A stretch of 64,000 nt of DNA, taken from an uncultured Caulobacteraceae bacterium. Lineage in GTDB: Bacteria; Pseudomonadota; Alphaproteobacteria; Caulobacterales; Caulobacteraceae. The notes beneath the pieces are model-generated. The model saw only the letters and a program-made list of their open reading frames with translations, was not told the DNA's origin and did no database searches. A program made the position numbers and the translations under genes. The stretch spans positions 8,539 through 72,538 of the forward strand of contig CAXTCO010000001.1 of the NCBI GenBank assembly GCA_964242255.1, given 5' to 3'. Shown here piece after piece: positions 47,304 to 56,627 of the stretch (its first letter is position 1; the number at the start of each line of letters is the position of its first letter).

Positions 47304-48621
47304 TCTGGTCCTCCGTCTCGGCGTCGTCCGGATCGCGGTCGCGGGGTGTGGCGGGGAGCGCGCCGTCGGCGCCCGGCGCGCCGGCCGCGTTCATGTTCAT
47401 GGGCACCAGGCGGACGTCGCCCTCCGGCCCGATCGGCGTCATGTTCTCGAGGCGCAGGACGTCGTTGACCGACAGCCACCCCCACTGGCGGCCGAGCGCG
47501 TAGCCCTGCCACCGGCTCTTCCAGTCGCCGCGGAGCAGGCCGTTGACGTTGTGCTCGACGAAGTACTCGTCCTGGTCGGAGCCGACGAGGAGGTCGCGGT
47601 CCGCCGCCTGCTCGATCGCGGTGATGAACGGCGCGACGGTGTAGATGACGTACTCGAGCGACTGCTGCTCGATGTTGGAGAACGTCGCCTTGTCGAGGAG
47701 GCCGACCATGTGGGGCGGCATGTTCCAGATGCGCGCGCAGGCCGCGCCCATCTCCTTCTTCGTCTCCAGGAATTGCGACTCGTCGTTCTTCACCGCGTTG
47801 GCGCCGTATTTGACGCCGTTCAGCAGCATGCGGTCCTTGTGGCGGTTCGGGCCCGTGCCGCCCGAGCGCCAGGTCTCTAGGAACAGCTCCTGCTCCGCCT
47901 TGTCCTTGAACGTGCCCGGGTGCTCGAGCACGCCGCCGCCCGCGCCGCCGTTGGCGAAGAAGAGCGAGCCGAAGTTCTCGACCGCCAGCGCGCGGCCGAA
48001 GGTCTCCCGGTTCGACTCCCAGGTGTACTGGCCGCGCAACCCGTCGGTCGTGAGCGGCGCCATCCGGACGTGGAAGACCACGTCCTCGCGCACGGTGAAG
48101 GAGCCCATCTGCGGCGCGACGTGGGCGAACTGGTAGTAGACCCAGCCGTCCGGCGCCCGCCAAAGGTTCTGCAGGCGGCTCGGGTGCAGCTGCTGGAGCG
48201 AGCCGACCGGGTGGCCGGTGTCGGGGTCGGGCAGGATGATGCTGTAGGCGTTGCGCCAGTAGACCAGGTGCTGGACGAGCTCGGAGCGGTACTCCTGCGC
48301 GGTCTGGCGCACGTTCGGACGCCGGTGGAGCAGGCGGAACAGCGGGTGCTCGCGCGCGGGTTTGGCCTCGTCACCGTCCGGAGTGCGCCGGTAGACCATC
48401 AGCGGCAGCGTCGAGCAGGTGCCGCCCAGGCGCGCCATGACGGCCTGGACGACGTCCAGCTGCAGGGCGCTCTCCCACCCGATCACCAGGCCCGCGACCG
48501 AGCCCAGGGTGTCGCTGCCCCAGAAGCGACGGTCCCAGGTGTCGCGCGTGCCGTCGGTGGTGGTGGTGGGACCGGCCGACAGGCCCATCCGCGCGCCCAG
48601 GCGCGCCATCAGGCCCGCCAC
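47293..48621 (-). CDS. Portal protein, HK97 family
   Basis: 442-aa ORF between the terminase and protease genes. Typical portal size and order. Confidence 0.88.
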   Translation of the reverse strand: MAGLMARLGARMGLSAGPTTTTDGTRDTWDRRFWGSDTLGSVAGLVIGWESALQLDVVQAVMARLGGTCSTLPLMVYRRTPDGDEAKPAREHPLFRLLHRRPNVRQTAQEYRSELVQHLVYWRNAYSIILPDPDTGHPVGSLQQLHPSRLQNLWRAPDGWVYYQFAHVAPQMGSFTVREDVVFHVRMAPLTTDGLRGQYTWESNRETFGRALAVENFGSLFFANGGAGGGVLEHPGTFKDKAEQELFLETWRSGGTGPNRHKDRMLLNGVKYGANAVKNDESQFLETKKEMGAACARIWNMPPHMVGLLDKATFSNIEQQSLEYVIYTVAPFITAIEQAADRDLLVGSDQDEYFVEHNVNGLLRGDWKSRWQGYALGRQWGWLSVNDVLRLENMTPIGPEGDVRLVPMNMNAAGAPGADGALPATPRDRDPDDAETEDQNAP

Positions 48622-48622
48622 C

Positions 48623-50554
48623 TCAGATCACCATGACGCTGGCGGCCGTGAGCTTCATGGAGCCGTCTCCAGCGAGGCCCGACACCGCGGCACCCACGGC
48701 CATGGCCAGGGCGACGAGGGCGTCGATGCGTTGGGTGGCCTTCCGCTTCGAGAACCAGCGGTTGGCGAACTCGTCTTCGGCCACGGCGGCCGACATGCAG
48801 GCCGACACGAGCACCGGGCTCTTCCGGAGCCTGATGCGGCCCTCGAGGATCAGCGTCTCGAGCGCGTCGAGCGAGCCGGGCATCCAGAGGCCCTCGGGCG
48901 GCTCCCGACCGGAGCGCTTCGCGGCCTCGACCAGCTCCTCCGGCGGGCGCGCGCGGCGCTTGCCGCCCTGCGGGTGCTCCACCAGGAGGAAGTCGAGCCC
49001 GCGCTCGTCGAGCTCGTCCTCGAGCTTGGCGTGGGCGTAGCGGTCATAGGCGGCCGCCAGGATGTCGAAGTCGGAGTCGAGGGTCGCGAAGTAGGCCGCG
49101 ATCACGTCGAGCCGGATCTTGGTGCCCGGGATCGCGCGCAGCCAGCCCTGGTCGACCCAGACCTCGTAGGGAGCGCTGTCGGCGTGCGCCCGGGCCTCGA
49201 GCGTGTCCTTCGGCGTCCAGGCCTCCACCCAGGCGTCGAAGGTCGGCAGCAGCTTGGTGGAGCCGTCCTCCTGGGCGACCTCCACCTCGCCCGTCTCGAC
49301 CACGTGGCCGACGGCCGTCATGTCCGTCGTGCCCGAAAGGTCGGTGCCCGTGTAGACGCCCCTCCCCGCGTGCTCGGCAGGCTCGAAGTCGGCCAGGCAC
49401 CGCTCGAGCGTCGCGCGCGAGATCCACGCCTGGTCGGCGTCGGTCCAGACGCAGAAGTGCAGCCGCAGGATCCCGTTCAGCTTGCCGGGCATGTCCCGGG
49501 CCTGCTTGACGACGCCGGCGAGGTATTCCGGCGTCAGGATGGTGCCGAGCAGCGGGTTGGCCTTCACCCAGCAGCTTGGGTCGCTGAGCGGGTCGTCGCC
49601 GGGGTCGAGCGCGCAGACGTAGGCGAACGTCGAGTCGTCGATCGCCTCGCCCACGTAGGCGAAAGCCTCGTCCGGGGTGCGCGTGCCGGCGGCGACGCGG
49701 ACGGCGTGCTCGTGCTCCTCCCAGCAGACCGAGTTCCGATCGCTACCGGAGTTGGTGATCATCACCAGGAGCGGCTGGCGACGGAACTTGAAGCCCCGCT
49801 CCAGCATCTCCATCGTGTCGCGGCTCGGGTGCTCGTGCACTTCGTCGCAGAGGGCGAAGTGCGGGCGCGGGCCCGACCCCGACTTGCCCGAGTCGCGCGA
49901 GATCGGGCGGAAGAACGACCCGCTGGGCAGGTGGGCGATGTTATACTCGCGTCCGACGCCGCCGCTGAACTTGAGCCGCTTGGTGAGCGCCTTGGCCTTG
50001 CGCACCATCTTCACGGCGTCGGAGAACAGGATCTGCGCCTGCTCCTTCTTCGCCGCGGCGGCGTAGATCTGCGCTCCCGCCTCGCCGTCGGCGGTCATGC
50101 CGTAGAGCCCGAGACCGCCGGCGAAGGGCGACTTCCCGTTCCCCTTGCCCTCCTCGATGTAGGCGCGGCGAAAGCGGCGCGTCCCGTCGGCCCGCTTCCA
50201 GCCCATCAGCGAGCCGATCTTGAAGGCCTGGCTGGGCGCGAGGAGGAAGGGCACACCCTCGAACTGGCCCTCCGAGAGCTTGAGCACCCCCTCCCACCAG
50301 CTCCACACGTGCTGGGCGGCGGCCAGGTCCCACGTCAGCCCCCGCTCGGGGCCGTGCGCCAGGTCGTCGAGGTGGCGGCGGCAGGCGTTCCGGACGTGCG
50401 GGCCGGCGACGATCCGGCCCTCCACCACGTCGACCGCGTAGGAGGTGGCGCGGTCGCCGGCGGCAATCAGCTCCTCAGTGGGGCCGCGCGGCTCGGCCGA
50501 CGCTGGCGGGCGGCGCGCGGAAGAACGCGTCGTCGTCGTCTTCCTCGGCGCCAT
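48623..50554 (-). CDS. Terminase large subunit
   Basis: 643-aa ORF. Walker A-like GKGNGKS. Nuclease-domain-length C-terminus. Follows the small subunit and HNH genes. Confidence 0.9.
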   Translation of the reverse strand: MAPRKTTTTRSSARRPPASAEPRGPTEELIAAGDRATSYAVDVVEGRIVAGPHVRNACRRHLDDLAHGPERGLTWDLAAAQHVWSWWEGVLKLSEGQFEGVPFLLAPSQAFKIGSLMGWKRADGTRRFRRAYIEEGKGNGKSPFAGGLGLYGMTADGEAGAQIYAAAAKKEQAQILFSDAVKMVRKAKALTKRLKFSGGVGREYNIAHLPSGSFFRPISRDSGKSGSGPRPHFALCDEVHEHPSRDTMEMLERGFKFRRQPLLVMITNSGSDRNSVCWEEHEHAVRVAAGTRTPDEAFAYVGEAIDDSTFAYVCALDPGDDPLSDPSCWVKANPLLGTILTPEYLAGVVKQARDMPGKLNGILRLHFCVWTDADQAWISRATLERCLADFEPAEHAGRGVYTGTDLSGTTDMTAVGHVVETGEVEVAQEDGSTKLLPTFDAWVEAWTPKDTLEARAHADSAPYEVWVDQGWLRAIPGTKIRLDVIAAYFATLDSDFDILAAAYDRYAHAKLEDELDERGLDFLLVEHPQGGKRRARPPEELVEAAKRSGREPPEGLWMPGSLDALETLILEGRIRLRKSPVLVSACMSAAVAEDEFANRWFSKRKATQRIDALVALAMAVGAAVSGLAGDGSMKLTAASVMVI

Positions 50555-50906
50555 CCGCGATGTTCACCTTAGACTCGTCGGCGGGCGTGGCGCCGAGCTG
50601 GGCGAGGCAGCGGCGGAGCTCCTGCATCGCCTGCAGGGAGAGGGTCCGCTGCTCCGGGTCGGGGTGCATCAGCCGCCCGCGATAGCGCGACGCGAGCTCC
50701 ACCAGCAGGCGGTGGGAGGCCTTCAGCCAGGGCAGCTCGCGCTTGAACCGCCGGAAGGCCTCCCTCTCGTGCGGCTCCAGGTAGGCCGAAGGCTCGCCGA
50801 GCTCGGCCACACCCTTCGGCGCAGCGCGGCCGCGGTGGCGCTGCGGGTTCTTCGCCGCCGCGCCGGTCGCCGCAGCGGCCGCGACGGGCGTTCGTGCTCG
50901 CGCCAT
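50475..50906 (-). CDS. Terminase small subunit (P27-like)
   Basis: 143-aa ORF directly upstream of, and overlapping, TerL. Size and position typical. Confidence 0.6.
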   Translation of the reverse strand: MARARTPVAAAAATGAAAKNPQRHRGRAAPKGVAELGEPSAYLEPHEREAFRRFKRELPWLKASHRLLVELASRYRGRLMHPDPEQRTLSLQAMQELRRCLAQLGATPADESKVNIADGAEEDDDDAFFRAPPASVGRAARPH

Positions 50907-50990
50907 GCCGGCCGGTTTCCAATCGTGGATGTGCGTGTTGGCCGGGGGCGCCGGTACCCGAGGCGCCAGGCGTGAGGGATTGAGACCCCC

Positions 50991-51356
50991 CTACCCCGCC
51001 GGCCGCGGCGCGCCCGCCGGCCGCAGCGCCCGGTGGCGCGGGTCGGTCGGCCACCCGTCGTCGTCCACCTCGGCGCTGATGCAGCCGGCGGCTTCGTCCC
51101 GCTGGATGGGGCCGTCATGGCAGGGCTTGCAGCTGCTCTCGTGGTTCGCCGGGTCGAAGAACAGGTGGGTGTCGCCGCGATGCGGACGCCGGTGGTTCAC
51201 CACCGTGGCGGCGATCGTCTGACCGCGGCGCAGGTGACGCTCGCACAACGGCTGGCGCGCGAGCTGCGCCTCGCGGCACGCCTTCCAGCGCTTGCTCTTG
51301 TAGAGCTTGCGGTAGGCCGCGGCTTCCGGGCTGCGGCGGTCGATGCGGTCGCTCAC
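50991..51356 (-). CDS. HNH endonuclease (packaging-associated)
   Basis: 121-aa ORF. LCERH..VVNHRRPHRGD..NHESSCKPCH motif. HNH next to the terminase genes, as in HK97-like cos phages. Confidence 0.85.
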   Translation of the reverse strand: MSDRIDRRSPEAAAYRKLYKSKRWKACREAQLARQPLCERHLRRGQTIAATVVNHRRPHRGDTHLFFDPANHESSCKPCHDGPIQRDEAAGCISAEVDDDGWPTDPRHRALRPAGAPRPAG

Positions 51357-51580
51357 CGTCGACTGATGAAGCGACCAGCCGGTCCGCGTTGTGGTGCGGT
51401 CGCCTCGAGCTCGTCGATCCGGCCCAGCGCTTCGGTGTAGGCGGCCCAGCCAGCGTCAGCGTCATGTCGGGCGTGGTGAGCAGCGTCGGCCGTGCGGTCG
51501 GACGCCGACGCCGCCCGAACGGCCCAGTACAGCGCGACCAGGGCCACGCAGCAGACGATGGCGAAGGGGGCGTCGATCAC
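51353..51580 (-). CDS. Small membrane protein
   Basis: GTG 51580 overlapping the upstream stop (GTGA), 75 aa. TM FAIVCCVALVALYWAV. Stop overlaps the HNH start. Confidence 0.5.
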   Translation of the reverse strand: MIDAPFAIVCCVALVALYWAVRAASASDRTADAAHHARHDADAGWAAYTEALGRIDELEATAPQRGPAGRFISRR

Positions 51581-52218
51581 GCCGACGCCAGATCCAGGGT
51601 CACAGCGCGCCACGCCTGGTCCGCCTTCTCGCGCCGGTAGATGCGGATGTAGCGGCGCGAGCCGTCGACACGGATGGAGTCGCGGATCGCCTGCATGGCT
51701 TTCACCCACTCGGCGTCGGTGATGTCGAGCCGCAGCAGCCCGAACAGGGCGCCGCGATTCACCTGACCCTCGTGGTCGACCTTGAAAGCGTGGTCGACCA
51801 GCGCCCGAAGCTCGGGACCCGAGTCCTTCGCCCAGCGCACGAGGCAGGCGTCGACGCCGGCCTTGGCGACCTGCAACTCCGGCCCGAAGCTGATGCGGTC
51901 GGCAACCTGCACCTGGACGCGCATCAGCCCGTCGTAGGTCGTCAGGGTCATATTGCCCTTCTGGCCGCCGACGGTCGCCTCGTAGACGGACGCCAGCACG
52001 CCGACGAAGGCGTCGACCTCGTCGAACGACTTCGTCTTGAACGCCCGGAGCGCGTCGGCCACGGGCTGCGCCGCGGCGACGATCTCGCGCACCAGGTCGT
52101 CCTGCATGCGGTCGGTGACCCGCACCACCTCGATCGGCGTCAGCGAGCCGTTGGCGGCGCGCATGTAGCGCTTGCCGCCGATGTCCTCGCAGCCGGCAGG
52201 AGGTGCGGTGGTGGTCAC
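51577..52218 (-). CDS. DUF3164-like phage protein
   Basis: ORF 51577..52266. GTG 52218 gives a GTGA overlap with the upstream stop. The body resembles DUF3164 as I recall it, unverified. Confidence 0.5.
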   Translation of the reverse strand: MTTTAPPAGCEDIGGKRYMRAANGSLTPIEVVRVTDRMQDDLVREIVAAAQPVADALRAFKTKSFDEVDAFVGVLASVYEATVGGQKGNMTLTTYDGLMRVQVQVADRISFGPELQVAKAGVDACLVRWAKDSGPELRALVDHAFKVDHEGQVNRGALFGLLRLDITDAEWVKAMQAIRDSIRVDGSRRYIRIYRREKADQAWRAVTLDLASA

Positions 52219-52565
52219 GCCGCCACGAGCTCCGGACCGAACGCGCGGCGCGAGGCGTTGACCCACCCACCGGAGCAGGCGGCGCCGCGGCGCGCGACGC
52301 CCTTCCGGGTGCGCTTCACCTCGGCCGCCTTCACCCGGCGGTGGTCGCCGACCGTCTCCGGCTGCCGAAGTGCGAGGAAGGCCTGGTAGCCGAGGCGCTG
52401 GCGCTCGGCGCGGCGGGCGCGATCGGCGACGTGCAGAGGGCCCCGCTCCGGCAGCGCGCGATGGAACGCCTCCAGCTGCAGCTTACGCCGCTCGACGTCG
52501 GTCGCGGCCGCGAGGCTGGCCGCCACCACGAGGTGTGGCAGGAGGCGCTGGTAGAAGCGGTTCAT
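52215..52565 (-). CDS. Hypothetical phage protein
   Basis: ATG 52565 (MNRFYQRLLPH) with GGAG upstream, 116 aa. Confidence 0.5.
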   Translation of the reverse strand: MNRFYQRLLPHLVVAASLAAATDVERRKLQLEAFHRALPERGPLHVADRARRAERQRLGYQAFLALRQPETVGDHRRVKAAEVKRTRKGVARRGAACSGGWVNASRRAFGPELVAA

Positions 52566-52575
52566 GGTGGCTCCG

Positions 52576-52776
52576 TCAGCGGCGCGCAGCGCGCCAGGCG
52601 CGACCCGCGGGCTCGAAGCCCTCAAGCCGCATGGACAGGGCGCCGAGCTCCGACGCGATCGCGTCCAGCTCGACGTGGTAGGCCTCGCCTTGGCGCAGCT
52701 TGCGGGTGAGGCCGCGGAGACGGCGCTGCAGGTCCGCGGCGATCGCTGCCGGATGGGCGTCGGCCAGCTCAGCCAC
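52576..52776 (-). CDS. Small coiled-coil protein downstream of recombinase
   Basis: GTG 52776 overlapping the last codons of the recombinase gene, 66 aa. Confidence 0.4.
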   Translation of the reverse strand: MAELADAHPAAIAADLQRRLRGLTRKLRQGEAYHVELDAIASELGALSMRLEGFEPAGRAWRAARR

Positions 52777-53629
52777 GGATGAACGCCGCGGAGGTCTCGC
52801 CCGGCTTGGCGTGCGCGTAGCGCGTGGTGGTGGCCAGCGAGGCGTGGCCGAGGCCTTCCCGCACCGTCTGGATCGGCGCGCCATTGTCGAGCGCGTGGCT
52901 GGCGTGGCTGTGGCGAAGCCAATGCGGCGAGGCGGCGTCCGTCGCGCCGGCGCGCCGCGCGGCGCGCTTCACCACCCGCCACACGCATTTACGGTCCAGG
53001 CCGCGGCCGCTGCGGGCGGGGACGACGGGCGAGTCTGGCAGCGGCGCCGCGGTGAGCGCGGCGAGCTCGCGCCACAGGTCGGCGGGCACGCCGACGCGCC
53101 GCTCCTTACCGCCCTTGCCGAGCACCTTCGCCGAGCCGCCCTTCTTCTCGGTGCCGGCCATGTCGCGCCAGCGGAGACCGGCGGCCTCCGACGCGCGCAG
53201 GCCGCAGACGTAGACGAGGCGGAGGAGCGCGCGGCTGCGGGCGTCGGGCTCGGCGGCGATCATGCGCTTCACCGTCGTCTCCGACAGGATCCGCTCGGCC
53301 GAGGTCTCGGTCGCCTTCTCGAGCTGGTAGGCGGCGCCCGGGTTCATTGGCATGGCGCCGAGCCGGTGGACGAAGGTCAGGAACGACTTCACCGCGGCCA
53401 GGCGGCGCGCTCGCGTCGCGTGCGCTGCGCCGGCCATGCTCTCGGCCCACAGCTGCAGGTCGGGCAGCGTCGTCGCGGCGATCGGCTTGGTGGTGAACAC
53501 CAGGAAGGCGCGGGCGTCGGCCTCGTAGGCGAGCGCCGTGTTTGCGCTCTTCCCGTGCAGCCACATGCGCAGCAGCATGTCGTCGGGGCTCGCTGTCGGC
53601 GTAAATCCTTGCGCGGGAACGACCTGCAT
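52769..53629 (-). CDS. Tyrosine recombinase / phage integrase family (short, XerC/D-like)
   Basis: 286-aa ORF. Catalytic residues in GLRASEAAGLRWRD, HWLRHSHAS, LGHASLATTTRYAH. Confidence 0.88.
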   Translation of the reverse strand: MQVVPAQGFTPTASPDDMLLRMWLHGKSANTALAYEADARAFLVFTTKPIAATTLPDLQLWAESMAGAAHATRARRLAAVKSFLTFVHRLGAMPMNPGAAYQLEKATETSAERILSETTVKRMIAAEPDARSRALLRLVYVCGLRASEAAGLRWRDMAGTEKKGGSAKVLGKGGKERRVGVPADLWRELAALTAAPLPDSPVVPARSGRGLDRKCVWRVVKRAARRAGATDAASPHWLRHSHASHALDNGAPIQTVREGLGHASLATTTRYAHAKPGETSAAFIRG

Positions 53630-53667
53630 GCCGTTCTCCCAGCGCTGGAGAGCGTCCCATAACTGCT

Positions 53668-53753
53668 CTTATGGGTCGCCCTGGAACTCTTATGTTCCAT
53701 TTCGGCCGGTTCAGGGCCGCGTTATTGTTCCGCCTCGGCGGGACTTATGTTCC
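53668..53753 (+). repeat. Four phased direct repeats (C)TTATGTTCC-type in AT-richer spacer upstream of recombinase gene
   Basis: CTTATGGGTC 53668-53677, CTTATGTTCC 53689-53698, GTTATTGTTCC 53721-53731, CTTATGTTCC 53744-53753. Spacings 21, 33 and 22 nt. GGAAC-N6-GTTCC at 53683-53698. Confidence 0.7.
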
Positions 53754-53828
53754 GCGCGCGGTGGTGAACCGCGCGCGCCGCGTGTCGACCCTGAGCTCCG
53801 GTGGTCGTCGGTCGAACTGGCGGATGGG

Positions 53829-53978
53829 TCAGGCGCGCGCGAGCGGGCGCCGCTCGGCGGCGATCTCGCCGCGCACCTGGCGGACGAGGGCCGTGATGCG
53901 GGCGGTGCGCTCCGCATCGTCGCGGCGCGCACGATCACGCGCGGCCTGGACCAGGCGCTGCTGGGTGTCGAGCATCAT
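53829..53978 (-). CDS. Small charged helical protein (tentative)
   Basis: Last 49 codons of ORF 53829..54401, from MMLDTQQRLVQ. The upstream part of that ORF is Arg/Pro-rich shadow. Confidence 0.3.
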   Translation of the reverse strand: MMLDTQQRLVQAARDRARRDDAERTARITALVRQVRGEIAAERRPLARA

Positions 53979-54094
53979 TGGCGGGGTCCGGAGACGACAA
54001 AGCCCCGGCCTGGTGGCGCGGGGCTCGGTGGTGGAACCGCGCCAGGCGCAGTTCTCAGACGTGGCGATGTGTCTCCCAAAACCCGCGGCGTTTG

Positions 54095-54625
54095 TCACCG
54101 CGACACTTCGACCGGTGGCGGCCACCAATGGCGGTGGAGGAGGTCGAGCGACAGGCGGAGCGCCGAGACGGCGTCGTCCACCACCCGGTCGCTCGCGCCC
54201 TCGCCCAACGCCTCGCGCGGGGTCAGCTGCCGGCCGCAGACCAGGTCGAGCACCGCCAGCGCGCCCTCGTGGCAGAGCAGCACGTTCTGCGCGCGGACCA
54301 GCTCCATGCGCTTCTCCGCCACCCATTGCGCGGCGAACACGTCGTCGGCGCCCGGCGGGGCCACGAAGCCCTGGCCGCCACCCACCCCGATGTCGAGGCA
54401 CGACTTGATGGTCGCGACGCCCTCCATCGCGGCGACGCGCCAGGCGAGTCCGTAGCGCTCGCCCGCCGTGGACTGGTTGACGGAGATCTTCGACCTGGCG
54501 CGAAGCCAGTCGAGGCCGGAGACGTGGCGCTCGTAGGTCTTCTTCGGACGGTCCGCCGACACCTGGTTGCGTGCGCGGCCGAGCGCGTTCAGCGCCGCCC
54601 GCCTCTCAGCTGAACCCTTCCCCAC
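54095..54625 (-). CDS. Hypothetical phage early protein
   Basis: 176-aa ORF with balanced composition. No family securely recognised. Confidence 0.55.
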   Translation of the reverse strand: MGKGSAERRAALNALGRARNQVSADRPKKTYERHVSGLDWLRARSKISVNQSTAGERYGLAWRVAAMEGVATIKSCLDIGVGGGQGFVAPPGADDVFAAQWVAEKRMELVRAQNVLLCHEGALAVLDLVCGRQLTPREALGEGASDRVVDDAVSALRLSLDLLHRHWWPPPVEVSR

Positions 54626-55075
54626 GCCCGTGAACTCCGGCCGGCGGATGAGCCGGTTTCAGCAACATGGCTTCCATGTTGAAACCGGAACAGGGGATGA
54701 ACACAGGGTGCGACAGGCCGCCGCGCGCTCAGGCTTGGACGCTGTCGCCGACCTGTAACGGCCCGCCGCGCCATAGACCGCCGCTCGCCGGAGCGGCGGT
54801 CGGACCCATGTGCGAGCTCGGCGGCGCGGCCGGCGCCCGCCACGCGCAGCCGCTGGTGCGCTGCGGGGCGCTTCTCATCCGAGGGACCTCACCGGGCGCC
54901 CTCTCGCGAAATCGCGGGCTCCGTCTCGCGGAGCCTTGCCCACGGTTCAGCAACCTCGCCGATGGAAGTCCGGCGTAGGGGCGACGTCGCTGGTCTGGGC
55001 GCGGCGCGATGTTCTGGCTGTCAGGTCTCTAATGCTTGCGGTGCGGCAGCGCCGCTCATCATCTCTCCCCTCTGA

Positions 55076-55720
55076 TCAACCTTCGGCCGGATTCAGTCCG
55101 CTTGGCGGACTCGCGTTCATGCGGCGGCCGAGCCGGGCCAGGCTCGCGCCCAGCGGGGTGCTCTCGTCGGTGGCGGCGTGCTCCTTCCAGGCCGCGGCGC
55201 GGGCGGCGCGGGCATGCACGTCGTCGTCGGGAGGCGGGGCTTCGGCCGGAGCCAGCCTGGCCGCCGCCGGCGGGAGCTCCACGCGGTAAGCGTTCGTCGC
55301 CTGCCTGACCCTCGGCCCGCGCACGCCGGGCTCGCCCGTCGGCTCGAAGCGGCGGGCCCGCTCGACGAAGCCGTGCTCCCGCAGCTTGCCGATCGCGCGC
55401 ACAACCGCGTCGCGTGAGAGGCGCAGCCGGGCCATCAACGTCTCGATGGCCGGCTCGAGGCGGCCGGTCCGGAAGTCGATGATGCGCAGCAGCTCGCGCA
55501 GGATCCGCACGCCGTAGGCGCCCAGCGGGCCGTGGCGGCGCCCCTTCGCCTTGCCTCGGAGGTCGAACCGTTCGGCCGCGGTGAGCATGCCGCTCACCTC
55601 GCGCCTGGCGATCGGGCGGTAGAACGTCCGCTCGAAGGAGCCGACAAGGCGGCTCTCGCGCCGGACGGGGTCGAAGGTGCGGCGGGCGATCGGCTCGCGC
55701 CGGCGTTCGGCGCCGCTCAC
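55076..55720 (-). CDS. Winged-helix DNA-binding protein (possible replication initiator/regulator)
   Basis: GTG 55720 overlapping the upstream stop (GTGA), 214 aa. ILRELLRIIDFRTGRLEPAIETLMARLRLSRDAVVRAIGKLREHGFVER looks like a wHTH. Confidence 0.55.
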   Translation of the reverse strand: MSGAERRREPIARRTFDPVRRESRLVGSFERTFYRPIARREVSGMLTAAERFDLRGKAKGRRHGPLGAYGVRILRELLRIIDFRTGRLEPAIETLMARLRLSRDAVVRAIGKLREHGFVERARRFEPTGEPGVRGPRVRQATNAYRVELPPAAARLAPAEAPPPDDDVHARAARAAAWKEHAATDESTPLGASLARLGRRMNASPPSGLNPAEG

Positions 55721-56202
55721 GCGGGGAGCTCCGAGGTGATGTCGACCACCGCCCTGCGCACGTCGCGCAGCTCCTCGGCGATGTGGTCGACCGCAGCGGT
55801 GATCGCCGCCCTCATACGGGGTGTGATGCCCGCTTTGGAGGCCTTCGCGACCATGACCAGGCGCATCAGCTCGGCCGCGCTGAGGCTGGTCTCGCAGGCC
55901 TCCTCGAGCAGGTCGCGGGTCAGCTTGCTCGTTGGCAGGCCGTCGGTGATCGCGGCCGTGTAGATCGGCTGGCCGCAGAACAGCTCCAGGTCCTCGATGA
56001 CGTCGATCGGGGCGAAGCAGCCCGAATGGGGCTCGCAGAAGCGGTAGAGGTGCGTGGGCTTCCGGAGCCGGGTGACGCCCAGCTCCATGATGCGCGGGAC
56101 GCCGCCGCAGGCGTCGGCCAGCCTTCGGAACAGGAGGGCGTGGCGCTGGGCACGCTGCAGGCGCGCGACATCCCCGGCCGCGGCCGGGCGTGAGTCGTCC
56201 AT
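55717..56202 (-). CDS. Hypothetical phage early protein
   Basis: 161-aa ORF with good codon bias. Confidence 0.6.
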   Translation of the reverse strand: MDDSRPAAAGDVARLQRAQRHALLFRRLADACGGVPRIMELGVTRLRKPTHLYRFCEPHSGCFAPIDVIEDLELFCGQPIYTAAITDGLPTSKLTRDLLEEACETSLSAAELMRLVMVAKASKAGITPRMRAAITAAVDHIAEELRDVRRAVVDITSELPA

Positions 56203-56627
56203 GGGAGTCGTCCCTTGAGACTCCCGGCGACGGCGCAGCCGCTCTCGCGCACCCTGACAGCGTCAAGGCGACGTGGCGGGCCCGGTGGCCGGCGCGCAGC
56301 TCTTCAGGCACGCCCGCGCAGAGCGGGCGTGGTATGGAGACCGCGGCCGGCCAGCCTTCAGGGCGCACGCGCGTCAGCACGTGCGGGAGGGCGGCGAGCC
56401 GTGGTCGGGACCGGAGTTCAGGACGCAGCGCGCCAGGCGGCCCGGCGGTGGGCGGCTCTAGCTTGCAGGCGGTGGCCGTCCGCCGCCGTCAGGGGCGCCG
56501 GGCGAGCTGCGCGGTGTGGGTCGGGCGGTGACGGACCGCGTTCCGGCCGGGCGCCATCCGCGCGCCCTAGCCAGGGCGGCGAGAAGCGCGCGCCGGCGGC
56601 GGGTCTCGCCGGTCGGACAGGCGGCGG

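Noticed and set aside
36461-51356. Gene transfer agent (GTA) rather than prophage, because the tail/head gene order mirrors RcGTA g2-g15.
   Set aside because: The cluster is accompanied by TerS, HNH, a recombinase, an HTH switch with operators, lysis genes, a methylase and an early operon. It also abuts a tRNA fragment. These features fit a complete or recently complete temperate phage.
51577-52218. Mu-like transposable phage, suggested by the DUF3164-like protein.
   Set aside because: No transposase (MuA/DDE), MuB-like ATPase or Mu-type end repeats were seen. The packaging module is HK97/cos-like with HNH. The DUF3164 assignment itself is from memory only.
53671-54408. ORFs 53671..54408 (+) and 53829..54401 (-) as full-length genes next to the recombinase.
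   Set aside because: Both are Arg/Pro/Ala-rich with poor codon structure. Only the last ~49 codons of the minus ORF look plausibly coding, and 54095..54625 (-) explains the rest.
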